Virus record (IMG/VR): IMGVR_UViG_3300044733_004038
Reading direction: 5' to 3' (one strand)
Length of the DNA: 64,000 bases
DNA from: an uncultured virus (IMG/VR IMGVR_UViG_3300044733_004038)
Lineage: Duplodnaviria > Heunggongvirae > Uroviricota > Caudoviricetes
Every line of letters begins with the position of its first letter. Position 1 is the stretch's first letter. Made by a program: the position numbers and the translations under genes. The notes under the pieces are model-generated. The model was not told the origin of the DNA and made no database searches. It was given only the letters and a program-made list of their open reading frames with translations. Below are positions 10,256-19,165 of the stretch, one piece after another.

Positions 10256-11305
10256 ATGTCAACACAAGATTACGCAGCAAGCATTCAAGGTGTATCGGTC
10301 CGTGTAACACGTCTCGACGCAGCTGGCAACTTGCTTAACAACCCAGGAGACAGCTACACAACGAGCGCTTTTATGCGTTTGTCATTCACGCCTGAATACG
10401 AAGAAGGCGATGAAGTCGTAGAAAAGTCAGCAAACGGTACGATCTGTGTGTCGTACAAAGCGCCAGACACGCTCAAGCGCGTGACGCTTGAGCTCGCTAT
10501 CTGCGAGCCAGATCCTGAATTAACAAACTTAATGTCCGGCGGTCTTTTGCTTCGCAAAAACCTCGGCACATTCGCAGCGCCTAACCGCTCAAGCATTGGT
10601 TGGTCGTCACCGAACGTCGGCGATGATCCAGCCGGTAACGGTGTCGCTATCGAGTGCTGGTCGTTCGCCGTCAAGGACGGTAAGCGAGCAGCAACACTTC
10701 CGTACTTCCACTGGGTGTTCCCATACTGTCGCATGCGCCAGTCGGGTGACCGTGTGATTGAAAACGGAATGCTTGCAAGCACATTCGAAGGCTACAGCAT
10801 CGGCAACTCGTTGTTCGGCAATGGCCTTGACGATCGTTGGGAGTTCGCAACAGCAACAGAGCGTCCGTACTCGTACGCTCGTGATTCTTGGGCACCGACA
10901 GGTCGCAAGGGCTTCTACGAATGGCACGGTGACCTCACTTCGACAATCACAAACAGTGCACGTACTGGTTCAACAGCTACGCTCACAACGTCAGCAGCTC
11001 ACAGTCTCCGCGTAGGTGACGAAATCACAGTTGCGGGAACAAACGGCAACTCAGCTCTTCATGGTACATATACAATTGCCACAGTTCCTACAACAACAAC
11101 ACTCACCTATACTACGTCAACAAGCGGTACAATTACATCTGCAGCCGATACCGGCACAGTTGTATGCTTGGCAAATAGCTGGGATGTTACAGACTTTACG
11201 TCGCAGGGCTCAACAACGTCGTACAACGTGCCTGGTAACGTTGACTACAACGAAGATGACTCAATTGACTTCATCATCGCTTCAACGGAGGACCCAACGT
11301 CGTAG
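10256..11305 (+). CDS. major tail protein with inserted beta module
   Basis: VRVTRLDAAG, EYEEGDE..EK.ANG.IC, YFHWVFP motifs; AAGGAG RBS; gene position. Confidence 0.8.
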   Translation: MSTQDYAASIQGVSVRVTRLDAAGNLLNNPGDSYTTSAFMRLSFTPEYEEGDEVVEKSANGTICVSYKAPDTLKRVTLELAICEPDPELTNLMSGGLLLRKNLGTFAAPNRSSIGWSSPNVGDDPAGNGVAIECWSFAVKDGKRAATLPYFHWVFPYCRMRQSGDRVIENGMLASTFEGYSIGNSLFGNGLDDRWEFATATERPYSYARDSWAPTGRKGFYEWHGDLTSTITNSARTGSTATLTTSAAHSLRVGDEITVAGTNGNSALHGTYTIATVPTTTTLTYTTSTSGTITSAADTGTVVCLANSWDVTDFTSQGSTTSYNVPGNVDYNEDDSIDFIIASTEDPTS

Positions 11306-11315
11306 TCGCAATTGT

Positions 11316-11361
11316 AAAGGCGGCGCGCTCAGTATACAATTTATACAAGCGCGCCGCTTTT
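11316..11361 (+). terminator. intrinsic terminator-like hairpin
   Basis: AAAGGCGGCGCGCT...AGCGCGCCGCTTTT after the tail gene. Confidence 0.65.
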
Positions 11362-11395
11362 GCGCTTTTCATATAAGAGACGTGAGGAACAATAG

Positions 11396-12535
11396 ATGTC
11401 AAGCCTTTGGATACAGACAAGTGAACTGGGGGTATACTCTGACTCCGACTACGCGTACGACGCGGCAAAATCGGCTTCAAATATTCTTTGGGCGTTGTCT
11501 GGTCGCAAGTACACCGGGCTAACAACAGTAACAGAGCGCTACATCTGCGCTTCACGTACGTACAGATATGGCGCTGCCACTACAACCTATAGCGCAGAGC
11601 TAATTAGCGGCCAGGTCTACAACATTCCATCAGCGACATTTGACTATTTTGAAGACATGACTACTGACGGTCTGTCTCCAGCTGCAAGACTTCGTCTTCG
11701 TGGGCGTCCAGTGCATCTAGTGCAGCAAATGCGAAACAGGGACGGTCAAATTATTGATCCAAGCTTTTATTATCTTGTTGATCATTCAACAATACAGTCA
11801 GTGCGTGGAGCGCCATGGACACCGTGCGATGTTGAGGTTACCTACTCTTATGGAGTTGAGCCACCAGCTATGGGAAAACAAGCTGCACGAATTCTTGCAC
11901 TTGAGTTTATTAAACTTTGGTCTGGTGAGGACTGCGCACTGCCGCAACGAGTAACTTCAGTTAGTCGTCAAGGAGTGTCTTACACTATTCTTGACAGTCA
12001 AGACTTCCTTGACGACATGCGAACAGGCATCTACTCAATAGACTTGTTTCTTAAGTCAGTCAATCCAGATAAGGCTCGTTCTCGAGCACGAGTCTTTAGC
12101 CCTGATGTGGCACGTGCAAGACGCTATACGCCAAAATCGGGTAAGTACGCCGCGACAGACTTTGACATAAATGTCAATAGCTCTGCTGGCGGTGCTGCCT
12201 CCGCTACACTTCAGTGGCTCAACGCAGAGTTCTTGACGGACAACTCTGGCTGGGTGCCAGAGGTGACGATCTACAATACTTCTAACTCAAAGTCACTCGT
12301 GCTAAACACTAATGCTGTTACGTTTACAGAACTTGACACCGTAATGCGCATTGAAGTTTCTTATCAAGAAGCGCTTGGTGTTCTTGGAATGTACGACCCA
12401 GGGACTTTTGAACTGTACGCGAATCGGCCGAGCACGCTGGTTGCCGGGCAGACTGAGACCGTTTTCATTGGTGCCTTTAATCTTTCAATGAACCTAGGCG
12501 CTTCTGCAATTCCAGTGTATACAATAGGTTCTTAG
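11396..12535 (+). CDS. head-to-tail adaptor
   Basis: AS.ILWALSGR.Y, C.LPQRVTSVSRQGVS, TG...IDLFL..VNP motifs. Confidence 0.75.
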   Translation: MSSLWIQTSELGVYSDSDYAYDAAKSASNILWALSGRKYTGLTTVTERYICASRTYRYGAATTTYSAELISGQVYNIPSATFDYFEDMTTDGLSPAARLRLRGRPVHLVQQMRNRDGQIIDPSFYYLVDHSTIQSVRGAPWTPCDVEVTYSYGVEPPAMGKQAARILALEFIKLWSGEDCALPQRVTSVSRQGVSYTILDSQDFLDDMRTGIYSIDLFLKSVNPDKARSRARVFSPDVARARRYTPKSGKYAATDFDINVNSSAGGAASATLQWLNAEFLTDNSGWVPEVTIYNTSNSKSLVLNTNAVTFTELDTVMRIEVSYQEALGVLGMYDPGTFELYANRPSTLVAGQTETVFIGAFNLSMNLGASAIPVYTIGS

Positions 12536-12651
12536 GAAACTAGAGACATACTATGCGTAATTCCGTCTTATTAGGCACTCAGATCACTTCTAAGGCACCG
12601 GTAGCTCTAGTCGTTGTAAAACCACCACAAACGGGAGAGTGACTCTAGACC

Positions 12652-13155
12652 ATGCCAATTATCGACGTTACAAACGTATCAGAAGACGGGCTAAATCTTA
12701 AAGAACTACTTGAGGGAGTTCTAGCAAGAGTTGCTACGATCTTTGCGTCGTACAACGTGCCTCTTCCAAATAGGCAGTATTGGTCGATGGGCCAGCCTGC
12801 GATAGACTGCGAACAGTTGGTTGTTTCGTTCATTCAAATGTATCTAGGTCCTCCAGGAGATCAGGCGTCAACTCCTCAACGGTGCAACATGCCACGCACT
12901 GCGGTGATGACGATATCACTTGCAAGAGAAGTGCCAGTCGTCGGGCAAAACGGACGTCCGCCTGAGCCCAGCAAGATTCAACAAGCTGCTGAGATCTCGG
13001 CTGTAGATGCTTGGGTTCTCATGGAGTCAGTAAATCTTTTTGACATGTGGGAAGAAGGCGGATACGGCGTTGGTGTAATTGCAACAGTTGACGCTCCTTC
13101 ATCAGAAGGTGGATTTCAAGTTGTGAATATGCAAATTACTATGGCAGTGCCATAA
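12652..13155 (+). CDS. putative tail terminator/neck protein
   Basis: Position in the head-tail connector block; DCEQLVV motif. Confidence 0.55.
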   Translation: MPIIDVTNVSEDGLNLKELLEGVLARVATIFASYNVPLPNRQYWSMGQPAIDCEQLVVSFIQMYLGPPGDQASTPQRCNMPRTAVMTISLAREVPVVGQNGRPPEPSKIQQAAEISAVDAWVLMESVNLFDMWEEGGYGVGVIATVDAPSSEGGFQVVNMQITMAVP

Positions 13156-13550
13156 TGGCTTCTGTAAAAGCGCATATTGTATGGCGGCAGATTCCGCTTG
13201 ATGTAATGCTCAAGCAACCTCAAGGAGAAGTTGGCAGATGGCTGCGCAAGCGCGGAACTATGATTCAGTCTGCCGCTAAAGCGCAGGCTGGTATACAAAC
13301 AGGTGCACTTAAAGCTTCTATTAAGCTAATTCATGAAAGAACGGTGTTTGGCCAGATGCTAACGATTGGCTCGCCTCTGAGCTACGCTCTTGTTCATCAT
13401 GAAGGCAGCCGACCACATGTCATAACCCCTAAGAACGCGAAGATGCTTAGGTTTACCTCAAAAGGTAGAGTAGTGTACGCACGAACAGTACTTCACCCGG
13501 GAACACGTCCGAATAAATATCTAGCGGACAACTTATACATGATATTGTAG
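13155..13550 (+). CDS. HK97 gp10-like tail completion protein
   Basis: TG.LKASI...YAL.HHEG.RPH.I...HPGT.PN.YL. Confidence 0.7.
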   Translation: MASVKAHIVWRQIPLDVMLKQPQGEVGRWLRKRGTMIQSAAKAQAGIQTGALKASIKLIHERTVFGQMLTIGSPLSYALVHHEGSRPHVITPKNAKMLRFTSKGRVVYARTVLHPGTRPNKYLADNLYMIL

Positions 13551-13606
13551 AGATAGCGAAAGCAACTGCTTTCAACGACAACACAGACATAAACGGAGGA
13601 AGAAAA

Positions 13607-13957
13607 ATGACCAAGTTCAAGGACTTTGGCGCTGGTAGCAAGACAGAAGGAAAAGAGAACATATCCTTTAAGATTCACGAAGAAGAGTTCAATTGCCGTC
13701 AAGAAATGCAAGGCAAGGTTCTTCTAAACTTAATAGCAAAGTCTGGCGGAGAAAATCCAGCAGAATCTGCTCAAGTAATTGATGAGTTCTTCAAGACTGT
13801 TCTAATGCCAGAAAGCTACGCACGTTTCGACGCGTTGACTCAGGATCCAGACCGAATCGTCTCAATGGAGACACTCGGCGAGATCACCGGTTGGCTAGTG
13901 GAGGCGTACTCTGACCGCCCTACGCAGCGGCCAGAAGTCTCGCCACCTGGTGCGTAG
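13607..13957 (+). CDS. tail assembly chaperone (gpG-like)
   Basis: GGAGG RBS; upstream of the tape measure gene; ends in ...YSDRPTQ... Confidence 0.75.
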   Translation: MTKFKDFGAGSKTEGKENISFKIHEEEFNCRQEMQGKVLLNLIAKSGGENPAESAQVIDEFFKTVLMPESYARFDALTQDPDRIVSMETLGEITGWLVEAYSDRPTQRPEVSPPGA

Positions 13958-14343
13958 ATCTCTGGCCGTACATTAATGGCAAGGCGATTGTAAATCACAT
14001 TGAACTGCCAACCTTGCTCGTTGGAGACATGGTAGACGTTCTTCATTACTTTTTTGAAGAAGATCTTTATCATTCAACTAAAGAACAAGGAGAGTCAAGG
14101 GATAAAGTTCGATTCTCGATGTACAAAGAACTGTACGATATCGACTACAAGTACGCAGTATTCGAAGAAAAGAGCTACAGAACCTACAAGGACTTTGACG
14201 ACCCTGCCTCCGCTGACACGGAGCGAGCGTCTAAGGTTCAAGCTTTTGACGCGCCGATTAAGCCGTTTGTGCAACCAACTAAGGTTGATGCAGATTCAAG
14301 CATGCCCTTTGGGAGCATTATCGACGCTCCTTTGAGCCATTAA
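13915..14343 (+). CDS. -1 frame extension of tail assembly chaperone (gpT-like)
   Basis: The -1 frame opens at 13915 across CGCCCTAC and reads PYAAARSLATWCVDLWPYING...; no good start codon or RBS of its own. Confidence 0.65.
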   Translation, partial: PPYAAARSLATWCVDLWPYINGKAIVNHIELPTLLVGDMVDVLHYFFEEDLYHSTKEQGESRDKVRFSMYKELYDIDYKYAVFEEKSYRTYKDFDDPASADTERASKVQAFDAPIKPFVQPTKVDADSSMPFGSIIDAPLSH

Positions 14344-14375
14344 AATAGTAATAAATAATTGTCTGAAGGAGGTGA

Positions 14376-17300
14376 GTGACATTGGCTGTTGTAGGTGATG
14401 CGTATATCGTCGTTAGAGCTGTCACTACAGGCTTTCAAGGACAAGTCAATAGAGCGCTCAGTCAGGTCAATACCGCTCAGGCAGGGCAACGTGCAGGACA
14501 GCAATTTAGCACTGGGTTTACTAGACAACTAGGCGGATCTTCAAAAGCTTTTAGTAAGTTTAAGCGTGATGCTATTAACGCTAATGAAGCGTTTAGACGA
14601 CTAGTCACTACTAGCTATTTTGTTACACCAGCGATTACTGGAGTTATCGGCGCTATCGCCCAGCTGGCGGCTGGGCTTGGCGCTATGGCGTTTCAGATTG
14701 GCGCAGCGCTTCCGTCACTGATCGTTCTTCCTGGAATTCTTGCGGCGATCGGTCAGGCCGCGCTTACCGCGAAACTAGCATTTGGCGGAGTTGGCAAAGC
14801 TATAAGTGCGCTCGTCAAAGGATCAAAAGGCGGCGGCAAAAGTGCTGAAGACGCGCTAAAAAGAATCACTGATGCTGAAAAGCGTCTTGCACTAACTGTT
14901 GAGGATAATCAAGAGAGACTCGAGCGTTCTGCACGAAATCTTGTTGACGCAGAAAATGCTCTAACAAAGGCGCGCGACGAAGCGGCTGAAAGTCTTCAGC
15001 AGCTTAACTTTGACGCTGAAGACGCTGCGATCAATGAAAAGAAAGCTGCAATTGAGCTAGAAAAAGCTCGTGAAACACTAGCCCGTGTTCAAGATTTGCC
15101 ACCGAACAGCCGTGCGCGAAGAGAAGCTGAACTGGCGTTTGCTGAAGCAGATCTTAATTTGCGTCGAGCAAGAGACGCGAACGCTGATCTAACTAAGGAA
15201 ACAGAAAAACAAAACAAAGCTGGAGTTGAAGGCTCTGAGCAAGTTCTCGACGCGACTCGCGCGAGGAGCGACGCTGCAACCCAACTGCAGCGAGACGAAC
15301 GCGACGCTAACCGCGCGCTAGAAGACGCCAAAGAAGCGCTAAGAGAAGCTAAAAAAGAAGCTAAAGAAGGTGCTGGTGGAGTAAACGCCATTGCTGACGC
15401 GATGAAGGATCTGTCACCAGAAGCTCGAAAATTTGCTGAGTATATCGCTGGTCTAAAGCCAGTGTTGCTAGATCTAAGGGCTGCAGCTGGGAAAGAGCTA
15501 TTTGGTCCTCTAGAGTCTGCCATTCAAAATCTTGTAGATAAGTTGGTGCCAAGGCTTAAGCCGCTGCTTACAGAGATGGGTGCCTCAATCGGAGCAGTGG
15601 CTCTTAGCTTCTCGGAGATGCTCACTACTCCAGAAAATCTAGATCGAATAACTTCTATCTTTGGTAGAAACAGCGACGTCGTAAAAAGTCTTGGAAAAGC
15701 AGCTGAAAACTTAGCAGAAATATTCATTATTCTGCTGGATGCAGCAGGTCCATTGATCACTAGATTTGCTGACTGGCTCGCAGTCATCACCGGCAGTTGG
15801 AAAGAAACTGCAAAGGCCAAAGAAGCCACAGGAGAACTCGGCGAAACGTTCAGCTACGCGGGAGATGTCGCTGCAACGCTGGGTGATATACTTGGCAACA
15901 TCTTTGGCGCTCTTAGAAACATAGGAAAAGCCGCGGCTGGTCCTGGTAGTGCAGGTGAAGCTCTTCTAAATTCGTTTAAGAACGCTACTGAAAAATTCAA
16001 AGAATTTACAGGTGAAGCTGAAAAGAGCGGCGCACTTGGAGACTACTTTATGAAGGCAGTGCCTGGTGTTGAAGCAACCGGGCGTCTTATCGTAGAGGTC
16101 TTTAAACAAATCTTTGCTATAGGCAAGGGAGAAGGAACTGCTAAGTTCATCGACTCTTTGACGATAGCAGTACGAAACATCGGAACTGCGCTGTCAGCGT
16201 CTAGCGGAGCGCTACCGGCATTTGGAACTTTCCTCGAGAAGTTCACTCAGTTCTTAGGTCTCTTCGCTGAAAGCGGATCAATACAGGCGTTTTTTGGCGT
16301 TCTAATCGATGGTCTTGATCGTCTTATCGTAATCTTTTCAGATCCAAGAGTTCAAGACTTTACAATGAAGATTGCAGTATTTCTTGGAGTTCTTAAAGGT
16401 TTCACTCTAATTGGTAACATTGTCCAAACTACCGCTCTAATTTTTGGTGGATATTTTGTAAAGCTTGGGAAGATTGTAAGCCTACTACCAGGTGTAAGCA
16501 CTCTTACTAAAGCAATGGGTAGCGCATTCACAACAGCTGGCGGCGGACTTGCTGGATTTAAAGCTGCTTTACTTCCGCTGACGGCGGCCCTTACGCCTAC
16601 AGTCCTCATCATCGCTGCGCTCGTTGCAGTCTTTGTTCTCGCGTATCTAAAAAGCGAAAAGCTTCGAGACGCAATAGCTCGTATGGGGCAAGTTTTGATG
16701 GGCGAACTTAAGCAGGCATTTGACCAGATACTTAGCGCAATCCAAACGGTAATGCCAGGTGTTCAGTCATTTGGCGATGTGTTCAAAGATATTGGTGACT
16801 TCTTAGCCGCGTACTTTATTCCAATTCTTCAAATTGTTCTTGTTGGCGCGATTGAGCGAGTCGCTGACACCATTGTTGGATTTATTAAGATCGTCGCCGG
16901 CATCATCGACATCTTCAAGGCAGTCTGGAGCTTTATTAAAGGTATATTTGCCTTGCTTCGTGGAGACATAGACGGCGTTAAAAAACACTTTGGTGACGCG
17001 TTTATAGCGATGTTCAACGGCATAAAGAAAATTTTTGGTGGAGTTTTTGACCTTATCGTCTCGCCGTTTAAGCAAGCGTTTAACATGGTCGCGCGAATAT
17101 GGAACGCCACTGTTGGCGAGATGCAATTTAAAGTCCCAGATTGGGTTTATGGGATTGGTGGAAAAACATTTGGAATACCAAAGATCAAACTTTGGGGTCA
17201 GAACGACGCGTATGTTGCTCCAGATGTTGCAGCTGGCAATGTACGCAGAATGGCCTTAGGTGGAACAGTCTATCCTTCGTCTGGAGGCTCGCTTGTTCGT

Positions 17301-17510
17301 GTTGCCGAAGCAGGGCGGCCTGAAAGAATTGAGCCATTGAACGATGCTGGTCTCTCAAAGCGTGACATTGCGATGATAAAGTTAATGTCAGGCGGAAGTG
17401 CTGGCGGTCAGACGTTCAACATCTATCCAGCGCCGAAGATGGACGAAGCCGAACTTGCCGCGTTGGTTTCACGTCAACTGGCGTTTCAACTTAGAGCAGG
17501 TTCAATATGA
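14376..17510 (+). CDS. tape measure protein
   Basis: 1044 aa, Ala/Gly-rich helical with coiled coil; C-terminal MALGG..V.EAGRPE motif; GGAGG RBS. Confidence 0.9.
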   Translation: MTLAVVGDAYIVVRAVTTGFQGQVNRALSQVNTAQAGQRAGQQFSTGFTRQLGGSSKAFSKFKRDAINANEAFRRLVTTSYFVTPAITGVIGAIAQLAAGLGAMAFQIGAALPSLIVLPGILAAIGQAALTAKLAFGGVGKAISALVKGSKGGGKSAEDALKRITDAEKRLALTVEDNQERLERSARNLVDAENALTKARDEAAESLQQLNFDAEDAAINEKKAAIELEKARETLARVQDLPPNSRARREAELAFAEADLNLRRARDANADLTKETEKQNKAGVEGSEQVLDATRARSDAATQLQRDERDANRALEDAKEALREAKKEAKEGAGGVNAIADAMKDLSPEARKFAEYIAGLKPVLLDLRAAAGKELFGPLESAIQNLVDKLVPRLKPLLTEMGASIGAVALSFSEMLTTPENLDRITSIFGRNSDVVKSLGKAAENLAEIFIILLDAAGPLITRFADWLAVITGSWKETAKAKEATGELGETFSYAGDVAATLGDILGNIFGALRNIGKAAAGPGSAGEALLNSFKNATEKFKEFTGEAEKSGALGDYFMKAVPGVEATGRLIVEVFKQIFAIGKGEGTAKFIDSLTIAVRNIGTALSASSGALPAFGTFLEKFTQFLGLFAESGSIQAFFGVLIDGLDRLIVIFSDPRVQDFTMKIAVFLGVLKGFTLIGNIVQTTALIFGGYFVKLGKIVSLLPGVSTLTKAMGSAFTTAGGGLAGFKAALLPLTAALTPTVLIIAALVAVFVLAYLKSEKLRDAIARMGQVLMGELKQAFDQILSAIQTVMPGVQSFGDVFKDIGDFLAAYFIPILQIVLVGAIERVADTIVGFIKIVAGIIDIFKAVWSFIKGIFALLRGDIDGVKKHFGDAFIAMFNGIKKIFGGVFDLIVSPFKQAFNMVARIWNATVGEMQFKVPDWVYGIGGKTFGIPKIKLWGQNDAYVAPDVAAGNVRRMALGGTVYPSSGGSLVRVAEAGRPERIEPLNDAGLSKRDIAMIKLMSGGSAGGQTFNIYPAPKMDEAELAALVSRQLAFQLRAGSI

Positions 17511-19144
17511 GTCGAGTAAACTTAGTAACTAATCCGTCATTCGTAACCAACACGACTGGCTGGTCTGCAGCTGGCAGCGCGACAATTGCACGCATAACAT
17601 CAGATTACTACTTTGGTAGTTCATCTCTTGAAGTCACTAAGGCTGCAGCGTCAAATTCTGGTGTCGCGTTAGCAAGCCGTATCGCCGTTACTCAAAACCT
17701 AAGCTACGCCGTAGCAGCGTACGTAAAAATTCCTCAAGCGTACAACGACGGAAGCCTTCAGATTAAACTCGAGTGGTTTACCGCAACTACAGGTGGAACT
17801 TCTATCTCGTCTACTACAAGCACCTTAACTGCGGTGACTGCTGGGTCTTCGTGGGTCCGTCTTGCTAAGTTAGCGACTGCGCCAGCAACCGCAGCAGGTG
17901 TAATGATCAGCATCATTCAGCCAACTGCTGGAACTGCTGGAGACAGGTTCTTAGTTGACGCAGTTCTGTTTGAACAAGCATCAAGCATCAATTTATACAT
18001 CGACGAGCCGACACAGGCCACCGAAACAACAGTAGTCAATCGCTCGTTGACAGCGCTGCCACGCCCGTGGATCACGGGAATGAAACTCAACGCAGACGTT
18101 CAACTAAACGGCTTAATTCTTAGCACGATAGATGAAAACAATGTTGTTTGGGTTCTTACAGATCTAAAAGGCTGGTGGGAACACCCGGACCCAGAAGTTT
18201 CTGACATCGAGCGCGGTTGGGGAGACGGTTCATACGATGTTCGTGGGCGTTGGAAGGCTAGGCAAATTGAGCTCGACGGAGTGTTCTTGACTCCTGATCC
18301 TTCGCTAGTGCCAGCAGCTCGAGACAAGTTGATTAGAGCTACGAGCCTCGTATACAGCAACGCGTGGCTGTATGTCAATGAGAACCCAACTAAAGCTTCT
18401 CGAGTTCGCTTAAGCGGAAAACCAAATATTGAAACTACTAACGCTCGTGGACGCACTGAGTTTAGCATCGGGCTTCGTGCGGCGGACCCAATCAAGTATG
18501 AGTGGAACTGGGAGCAGGAGGACGGATATACAACGACGACTATTCCCGCATCAAATGCTTCAACCGTCGAGACAGGAACGCGTACGATCACGAACAATGG
18601 AAATACTAACGTAACTGTCGTCTTTGAGATAACAGGACCACTGACTGGTCCTGGTGAAATATACAACGCTGCTACAGATGAGCTTCTTACAATTGTTCAA
18701 CCGCTTCGTGCAGCAACTTCTCGCTCCGTAACTAACTCGTCTCTGACTGGCAACGTCGCAACTCTTACTACCAGCGCTGCGCACGGCTTCTTATCCGGCG
18801 ATATCGTGACCGTCAGCATCAGCGACGCTGTGTACGACGGCACGCACACTATCTTGACCGTTCCTACAACTACAACGTTTACCTATGCTAAGACGAACGC
18901 CAACGTTGGCTCTTCAGCAGAAAGTGGCACGGCTTCAATACCCGTTGATGTTCTTGAAATCGACACTTACAATCAAGAAGTCGCGTTTAACGGAAGCACC
19001 GATAGCACACGGTCAATGATTGATACTTTAGTCGATTGGATTGTTCTTGCACCAGGTCAAAATGAAATTACGTTTGAAGACGCTGGTGCAGCGAATGGCA
19101 CGGCCTCTATGGTAGTTTATTATCGATCAGGCTGGATAGGTTAA
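17507..19144 (+). CDS. distal tail (Dit-like) protein with N-terminal carbohydrate-binding-like domain
   Basis: NLVTNPSF..NTTGW N-terminus; ADPIKY, ITNNGN, L.PGQNEI motifs; follows the tape measure gene. Confidence 0.75.
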   Translation: MSRVNLVTNPSFVTNTTGWSAAGSATIARITSDYYFGSSSLEVTKAAASNSGVALASRIAVTQNLSYAVAAYVKIPQAYNDGSLQIKLEWFTATTGGTSISSTTSTLTAVTAGSSWVRLAKLATAPATAAGVMISIIQPTAGTAGDRFLVDAVLFEQASSINLYIDEPTQATETTVVNRSLTALPRPWITGMKLNADVQLNGLILSTIDENNVVWVLTDLKGWWEHPDPEVSDIERGWGDGSYDVRGRWKARQIELDGVFLTPDPSLVPAARDKLIRATSLVYSNAWLYVNENPTKASRVRLSGKPNIETTNARGRTEFSIGLRAADPIKYEWNWEQEDGYTTTTIPASNASTVETGTRTITNNGNTNVTVVFEITGPLTGPGEIYNAATDELLTIVQPLRAATSRSVTNSSLTGNVATLTTSAAHGFLSGDIVTVSISDAVYDGTHTILTVPTTTTFTYAKTNANVGSSAESGTASIPVDVLEIDTYNQEVAFNGSTDSTRSMIDTLVDWIVLAPGQNEITFEDAGAANGTASMVVYYRSGWIG

Positions 19145-19165
19145 TGACAATGCGATGGGCGACGT

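Noticed and set aside
12553..12642. 29-codon ORF between adaptor and terminator genes
   Set aside because: No convincing RBS or recognisable motif; cannot be supported.
13955..13957. TAG read-through or stop-codon recoding
   Set aside because: The same frame stops again after 11 codons, and genes across the window are intact under the standard code.
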